Source: Azolla caroliniana (taxonomy: Eukaryota; Plantae; Polypodiophyta). Taken from it: a DNA stretch of 16,821 bases. The notes under the pieces were generated by a model. The model searched no databases, was not told the origin of the DNA, and was given only the letters and a program-made list of their open reading frames with translations. Where the stretch lies: the NCBI GenBank assembly GCA_043228905.1, contig JBHGNT010000720.1, positions 1 through 16,821 of the forward strand. Direction: 5' to 3'. How positions within the stretch are numbered: the stretch's first letter is position 1; each line of letters begins with the position of its first letter. Made by a program: the position numbers and the translations under genes. Below, in pieces: positions 10,378 to 16,821 of this stretch.

Positions 10378-10381
10378 ACGT
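10378..10381. repeat. Right copy of the 4-bp TSD (ACGT)
   Basis: Follows the LTR-terminal CA at 10377. Confidence 0.85.
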
Positions 10382-10700
10382 GGTCCATACAACACTCGCA
10401 TGGTTCTTAATCGCCACCTCATGCACATAATGCAAATCTTGACAATTTGCTCCAGCCACAACAAAGAGACATTTATGTGGGACTGAGAATGACAAAAGCT
10501 CGGTGACAAGGAAACTTGCAAGAGATAAAGGTTGGGATGTATATTGCCACACTTGTAGATCATAATGAACTAGGGCACCAATTCTAGATTGGTAAAGTAT
10601 TGGATGTGGTGATGCATGAAAAGAAAAATAAGATTTTAAGTCTATAATGGTGCATTAGTATAACACTAGAAGCAAGAATGCATTTACAGGGAAGCATACA

Positions 10701-11063
10701 TTGGAGATGAGAGAATGTCCAACGTCAAGTGGAAATAAAAAGAGGAAAAGAAATATTCATAACACATCGACCCTTGATATTAGTGAGGTGGATATAATTG
10801 TGTACGACTTTACATTGACAAAAGCTGGACGTTTAAGGAAGTCCACAATAGACAAGTATAAAAGAGAAATTGTCAAGCCTACAAGTCATATAAGATCGAA
10901 GGTGAACCAGATCTTGTAAACATAATTTGGAGTCACAACATTTAGTTTTAGACAATGACAATGCTTTGATTGGTACATCTGAAGATGAGGAGGATGAGTC
11001 ACCATTGTACATTAGCTACAGTAGTGATTCTCAAGAAAGGGGTGATGATAGTGATTCAAATAA
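10701..11063 (+). other. Unidentified decayed coding relic (basic KKRKR stretch, DIIVYDFTLTKAGRLRKSTID, acidic tail)
   Basis: Protein-like composition in ORF 10701-10919 and the downstream SEDEEDES...DDSDSN*; family not recognised. Confidence 0.3.
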
Positions 11064-11439
11064 CTCTTGAATGTATCTTTGGCATGAAAGTGTAACAAAT
11101 TTAAGCTTCTAAGAACTCAAATGATGTAAAAGTTCGAAGTTTTAAAATCTATCGTTGTTTGTGAATATTATTTGTCACCTTAAAACATTAGTTGTCAATT
11201 TTACGGTAAAATACATTATGTATCTTTTCATATTTGACCTAATTTTCTGAAATTTTAGTTTTATGAAATGGTGAAATTTTAAGCTTTTCCATTGAATCTT
11301 TGAGAACATGTCATATTGGTATCAACGTGTTTTGTGACATGGTTAAAAATACCTTGAAATCAAACAGAACATTCCTTATCCTTCCATTTGTGCACGATCC
11401 TTCCACTTGTGAACGCGAACATATTCTTATGATTTTTTA

Positions 11440-12235
11440 TATAAAGGTGGAGATTTAAAATACGTAAACAACTATCAAGCCATCATGGTTGGCTTGCTAT
11501 TGGTAAAACTATTTGAATGTATAATGGAATCAAAGATAGGTGCATGGGCTGAAAAAAATGGTATGAGAGCTTATGGACAAGCCAACTTTCAAAAACACCA
11601 TAGCACCATTGATCACCTTGTCATCCTTCGCGTATTAATGGAAGAAAGTCGCATACGAGGTAAAGGTTTATATTGTTGCTTCGTAGACTTTAAGAAAGCT
11701 TTTGATATGGTACCACATGCACATCTTTGGAGGCGAATGGAAGAAGTCAAGGTGCCAAGTGAATATATGCTTGGAATCTCCCGAATATATGAGAAGGTTA
11801 TATGTTGTGTGCATATGAGTGATAAACTTTCAAATTTTTTCAATAGCACTATTGGTGTTAAGCAAGGATGCCCACTCTCACCAATCTATGCATTGATGAA
11901 TTGGAAGAAATGGTTGTTAGGTTTGTAAAGGAAGGTGTTGAAGAAGTTGCAATTGGGAATGTTGTTATTATGTTTTTGCTATATGCGGATGATGTAGTGA
12001 TTTTTGCAAATACTTCAGGAGATGCGCAAAAGCTTATGAAGGCATTGGAAAAAAATTGCATGCATACGAAACTAAATGTTAATAGCTCTAAAACAAAGAT
12101 GATGCGTGTGAAGAGCCAAAAAAGAGATAAGACATGCATTATGTACAATAATGAGCCACTTGAATGTGTGGAAAGTTTCAAATATCTTGGTCATGAAGTT
12201 CCTTCAAATCATAAATAGAATGAATGTACTACACG
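11440..12235 (+). mobile_element. Fragment of a non-LTR retrotransposon (RTE-like LINE) reverse transcriptase
   Basis: KGGD, HSTIDH, CFVDFKKAFD, GVKQGCPLSP, LLYADD, KTK, FKYLG motifs; frameshift after PLSP; cut at 12236 by an LTR insertion. Confidence 0.9.
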
Positions 12236-12455
12236 TGTCACGGACAAGTATAATAGAGTAGAACAAAGATAAGACTAGAGAACAAGAGAGAGTAAAAGAG
12301 CAAGAACTCAACTTATAGAACCCGTAAGTTGTGTTGTTCACCTTGATTAGAATCAAGGTGCACATGAGTATTTATACAAGAAGCTAGGGCTATGTAAGCC
12401 AGCTAGAAATAGAGTATGCATGAGGATGCATGCAATGGAGTACGCATGAGGATGC
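12236..12455 (-). repeat. 3' portion of the 3' LTR of the Tcn1-like element
   Basis: Terminal TGTCAC at 12236 exactly where LINE homology stops; TATAAATA on minus at 12376-12369; palindrome 12339-12360; 26-nt-period duplication 12412-12455. Confidence 0.7.
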
Positions 12456-13777
12456 TAACTGTACAACGGAGGTATTGTTCGAGGATTTGGTTGACTCTTT
12501 CGGTTTGGCCATCCGTTTGAGGGTGGTGCGCGGTTGACAAGTTCACAGAAGTCCTGAATGTCTATAGAAGTTGGCGCCAAAAGTGGGAGATAAATTGAGG
12601 ACTGCGATCAGAAGTGACATCCTCAAGCAAACCGTGTAAGCGGACGACATTTTTCAGAAAAAGGGTAGTTGTCTCCTCCCCCAAAATGGTTTTCGAACAT
12701 GGGACAAAGTGAGCCATCTTCGAAAACCGGTCGACGACCACTAGCACCGTGTCATGGTCACCGACTCGAGTAAGGTCGGTGATAAAGTCCATGGAGAGAG
12801 AATCCCAAGGTCGACTAGGGATTGGAAGTGGGTGTAGAAGGTCGTATGGATGATGGTGAGCCGCTTTGGAGCGAGCGCAGACGTCACCAGTTTTGATAAA
12901 TTCTTTGACCAATTTCCAAGGTTGAGGCCAACAAAACCCCCAAGAAAGCAATGCCAGCATTTTGGCAACCCCAAAGTGTCCGACAAGAGGATCATCATGG
13001 CAAGTTTGTAGAACTCGGAGGCGACATGGGCCAGCTGGTACGTAAAGGAGGTGATTACGATAGAGTAGCCCATCCTGAGTTGTAAAGTGACTGAGATCCG
13101 AGCTTTGCCTTTCTTGGGATGAGTTGTTGAGGCGCACCATGATGTTAGTAGCGAAAGGGTCAGACGTGGTTGCTTGGGCAATCTCGTTGAGCAAGGAATC
13201 ATCGTGCAACATATAGGTTGCGAACATGTGGAGTTGATCGAGCCGCAATAAACAATGTGATTGCTGAGAATAAGCATCGTCACCTGGGCGCAATGCGAAA
13301 TCGGGTTGCCAAGAGAGAGCTCCGCTTTCCCATGTTGAACGCCAGGTCAAACCAAGATTTCGAAGTCGTAGTCGGCAAGAAAAGATGACCAACGAGCCTG
13401 CCTCCGATTCAACGTACGAGTGGTGGTGAAGTAGATGAGATTCTTGTGGTCGGTCACCACCTGAATACGATGTTGTGCCCCATCCAGATAGGGTCTCCAT
13501 TCAGCGAAGGCCGAGATGATAGCTCCAAGCTCCTTGTCGTAGATCGGATAATTGATTTCCGGGGCTGTAAACTTCCGAGAGTAGAAGGCAACCGGATGTA
13601 GGGTGTCGTCGTCATCGGGTTGGGACAAGACCGCACCTATGGCAAAGTCGGAGGTGTCGGTTTCAACCTGGAAAGGGCGGGTGGGGTTGAGGTGGACTAA
13701 GAGGGGGGTAGAGAGAAAAGCTGCTTTGAGGGCATTAAAAGCATTGTGTGTTGCGGGGGTCCAAAGAAATGGAGTGT
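12456..13777 (-). pseudogene. pol: pol fragment: RT connection, RNase H and integrase (N-terminus and core)
   Basis: [84 protein letters not shown]; stops and frameshifts. Confidence 0.92.
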
Positions 13778-14231
13778 TGTTCGGTCGACAATTGCTATTT
13801 TGCTGACACAGTATAAGATGAACGTTCGTACCAAACGTTCTATCAAGAAGTTGTGGTTAAACGAATAGACACGAATGATCTATAAACTAATCGGTGATAA
13901 CAGACACTGAGATCGTGACTTATGTAATATAGTTTAGACAGAAAGAACTAGATGGCAAGAAACAATCCGTACATAGAGATTTCCTAACCAAACTTTATAT
14001 AACTAAATACAACGATAGATTTTTACAATGCCTTCGGTTCCTTTTATAGGTAACCTGAAGGTTTCTTCTCATCAAGAAATCCTATTGCCTATAATTATCA
14101 AGAATTACAAAACTTCGTCAATAACTATGTCCTATTCGGCGATCTGTTGAGTCATCAATCCAAACTGTCGATCCGACTCCGACTCCGAACATCTTTCCGA
14201 TTCTAACGCATCCATACTTGTCTGGGTAACA
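13778..14231. repeat. LTR of E3 (~454 bp)
   Basis: TGTTCGGTCGAC...GGGTAACA, followed after 2 nt by TGG; ends align with the E1 LTR ends. The start could alternatively be 13775. Confidence 0.65.
14023..14049 (-). promoter_or_regulatory. CTATAAAA-N12-ATTGTAA TATA-like module in the E3 LTR
   Basis: TATAAAA 14048-14042 and ATTGTAA 14029-14023 on minus; same offset as in E1. Confidence 0.55.
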
Positions 14232-14233
14232 CT

Positions 14234-14250
14234 TGGCACACCTGTGGGCC
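14234..14250 (+). other. PBS-like site TGGCACACCTGTGGGCC (tRNA-Arg(UCU)-like)
   Basis: AACA-CT-TGG geometry; homologous to 1690-1674. Confidence 0.65.
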
Positions 14251-14282
14251 AGGACGTTGTCCGGCGAACCCATGGGAACCCT

Positions 14283-16821
14283 TTACTCCTGCTGCTCTGA
14301 GGAAAGATCCTCCTCCATCTCCAAATCCTCGTTTGCGTCGTCCTGCAAAATGTTGAATAGTGAGGGTTCTACTTCCTGTGTTGCCATGCCTTGCTCGTCT
14401 TCGTCGTCATCTTCGGTGTTGTTTTCTTGTCGGGTTCCTTCGGTCGATGGTCTTGGCTCCGCTTCTGTTTCTGCTTCTGTATCTGCTTCCGGTGCCCCGA
14501 GTCCAGGTGTTTTGGTGACTCTTTTGGCTTCGATATTGTCTAACTCGACAGATGTCTCGACATCATGCTTGTCGGATTCCTGCATGATTCAGTTAATTTC
14601 TTCTTTAAAATAAGCCGACATGTCGTATAGGTCCTTAGCAATATCTTCTTGAACTGTGGTCATTGCTTCCTCCCACATCTTGAGGAAGCCTTTTGCCCTG
14701 AACTTTCCTATTTTCTCTATCGGCTCTTAATAGCTAAAGCTCCATGGATTGTGCAGACCATGTTTGCCAACCCTTCTCCAGCAATTCATTGACCAATTTT
14801 AGGGTGTTAATTCGGTGACGTCTTATGATCGCTTGAACCCTATCCTGAGTCATTCTAGCCTCAAACTGTGTTGTTGCCAATGTTTTCCGTAAATCAATGA
14901 TTACCGCATTGGTATGTCCTTCTGCCTGCATCAGCTTAACTTGTGCCACTAAGAGGTCAAGTCGCCGTTTCTCGGAGACTGTTTGAAATTTTGCACATCG
15001 GTTTTCTAGCTTCGCTTTCTCTTAATTCCAGTTGTTCTGCTGCTGAATTATTTTTCCGTTGATTTCGTCTATCAGTTTGTTTGTACCAGCCAATTGTGTT
15101 GTAAAACAAGTCTCTTGGCTCTTGATATACTCTTCCATATCCTCGACTTGTTGCCTTGTAGTCTCTTGCTGTTGGGCTAACTGTTGGTGTAAATCTTGTA
15201 TTACATTATCCTTTTCCCCCAAACATCTATCGGCCGTCGTTTTTGCCGACTGTAATCGAGCCTCCATTTCCCTGAACCTGTCCACAGTCTTTTCCACCTT
15301 AATTTTTGTCTCTCTTCATGCTTGTTTAGCTTGGTTAAACCTCTTTTGTAATTCCGAATCCGTCTCCAAAGGTTATCTTTGTGACTCTGGTTGGAATATC
15401 TATTCTCTCGCTTTTTCTAGAGCCACTTGTTCTTCTTGTAGTTTATTTTTCAAGTACTGATTTTCTGCCTGCATCCGTTTATACTGTGCATTAAGCACAT
15501 CTGCAGTTGTTGTAGCCTGTTTGTATAATTCGGCCATATCCCTGGCCGCTCTACTAGCCTTTCCATATTCTCGGTGTAATGGTGGTATTTGAATGGCTTC
15601 ACCTCTATTTTTAGCATGTCGTTGTCGACCAATTCTATCCACTTCCGCTTGCTCGTTTGGTTCGATAGCTCCACATAATGATTTTTGGATCATTATTTGA
15701 TCTCTGTGCTCTTGCGCCATTCTTTCCGACACTTCTTGCAAACTTTTAGCTAACCATTCGACCAGTTCATATGATGTTCCAAATTGCAGAATGGCAGCTA
15801 GCTCATGTGCTGCTACCGGGATGTCGGAAAAACCGAGTGCCTCTTACACCGTTGCCGTCTGGATTGACACGAGGTATTTGTGTGCTTTGGGTGGCTTGAT
15901 CGTTAGTTGTCTTTTTCTTCTGCGCAGGTTGTTCTTGCTCTGGTCTAGAGTATCTTTGGGACTGTTGTTTCACCCTTCGTTGCTTCGACGGTTGCTGGTC
16001 AATGTCGACTCGTCTCGATTCCTGCTGCTGTGACGGTTGCTCGTCTGTTGTCCCTCGTTGTTGCATCCTCAGTGGTTGAGACTCCGGCGGTTGAGTCGGT
16101 GATTGCTGGGTAGGTTCGGGCTGGGGTATCGACTGTTGTTGTTCTGATTCTTGTTGGTGCCTTGGTTCCGGTTGGTCAAATTCGGTCTGAGTGGTATCGT
16201 CTTGCGTTGATTCTTCTTCCCTGCACTCTTCTCGTTGGACTTGTCGTCGGGTTTGGGATGATTGTACTTAAGGCGGCCGACGCACCTCTGATCAGTTTTC
16301 CGGCTCTGAAGTCGGAAATAATACCGATAACCAACGAGCAAAAATCGGCTTCATTGGTTTTCCTTTCTGAACTCCGTTTAGTTGCTCTCTTAGAGCATTT
16401 GCCGACAATAGCCCCCAATCAAAAGCTTTGCCTTCATAAGCGGCGATAATAAATCCGGCCCTCTTTTTGGGCATATAGTAGAATCTGGGACTAACAAACC
16501 CTACTTCCAATAAAAATTTTGCAGGTTCATGAAAAACACATTCCTACCTCCTTGTGTCTAATACGCTTTGGTAGAGGGCGAATATTCACCAAAATAGGAC
16601 CGTAAAACATCATCTGTGACCTTGTTGACAACGTCAAACCCGCCTCTTGGCATCTCCAACACAGCCCTTACCTTCTTATTCATGATCGTCGAGACATCGA
16701 TTTCTGCCAACAAAGCTTCCACGTTCAGGTGCGGCTCTGTTTCTGCGACTTTCAAAAATCCTTGTAACTTATTGCGAACAAGCCAATGGCGCAAGTTTTC
16801 AGATACGACAATCGGCATGTT
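14283..16821 (-). pseudogene. Decayed long accessory ORF (~850 codons visible): N-terminal globular domain (AYEGKAFDWGLLSANALREQL), Gln/Pro/Thr linker, coiled coil, conserved WxxWxxQxxEL block, acidic tail
   Basis: Minus-strand fragments 16818-16558, 16510-16292, 15741-15400, 15297-15022, 14949-14734 and 14585-14283 chain together. The layout recalls accessory ORFs of Athila/Tat-type elements (inference). Confidence 0.75.

Larger units (their letters stand above)
12236..13777 (-). mobile_element. Truncated Tcn1/Tf2-like chromovirus-type Ty3/Gypsy element
   Basis: RNase H and integrase core of Tf2/Tcn1 type fused to a partial 3' LTR ending ...CCGTGACA. The chromodomain itself is deleted, so the clade call rests on motif style. 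Confidence 0.8.
13778..16821. mobile_element. E3: partial LTR retroelement related to E1 (LTR, PBS-like site on +, long accessory ORF on -), inserted in the chromovirus pol; continues right of the window
   Basis: Pol homology ends abruptly at a TG; LTR-like segment; PBS-like site; ORF homologous to the E1 ORF. Confidence 0.75.

Noticed and set aside
14185-14191. CCGAACA as the E3 LTR end (perfect 7-bp inverted repeat of TGTTCGG at 13778), with GGAAAGA as a minus-strand PPT
   Set aside because: It lies in a ccgact microrepeat and the purine tract is very short. The end at 14231 matches E1 and the AACA-NN-TGG geometry. Not fully excluded without the second LTR.
14224-14275. TAACACT start reminiscent of a twister ribozyme
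   Set aside because: The remaining twister core and pseudoknot pairings are absent; no hammerhead core either.
16162-16449. Hydrophobic plus-strand ORF resembling a membrane protein
   Set aside because: Antisense shadow of the Gln/Lys/Asn-rich minus-strand linker.

Overview
Eukaryotic, gene-free nest of retrotransposons, most likely from a non-seed land plant (inference from a plant-type tRNA-Trp PBS, a Tcn1/Tf2-like chromovirus and an RTE-like LINE). From left to right: (E1, 1-~2073) a partial LTR element with a decayed coiled-coil/acidic ORF; (A, 2273-10377, minus) a full-length but disabled non-chromo Ty3/Gypsy element with a 4-bp ACGT TSD, a tRNA-Trp PBS, gag+protease in one frame, a -1 frameshift pseudoknot before RT, and LTRs whose CCGGTT arrays differ; an unidentified decayed coding relic; an RTE-like LINE RT (~11440-12235) interrupted by a truncated Tcn1-like chromovirus (12236-13777), which is itself interrupted by (E3, 13778-end) a diverged relative of E1. 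The most unusual signal is shared by E1 and E3. In both, a long coiled-coil ORF stops 32-34 nt from a structured tRNA-Arg-like PBS of opposite polarity that abuts the LTR, and a conserved TATA module in the LTR points away from that PBS. No gag-pol is visible next to the PBS. All alignments were done by eye, and tRNA identities are from recalled plant tRNA sequences.
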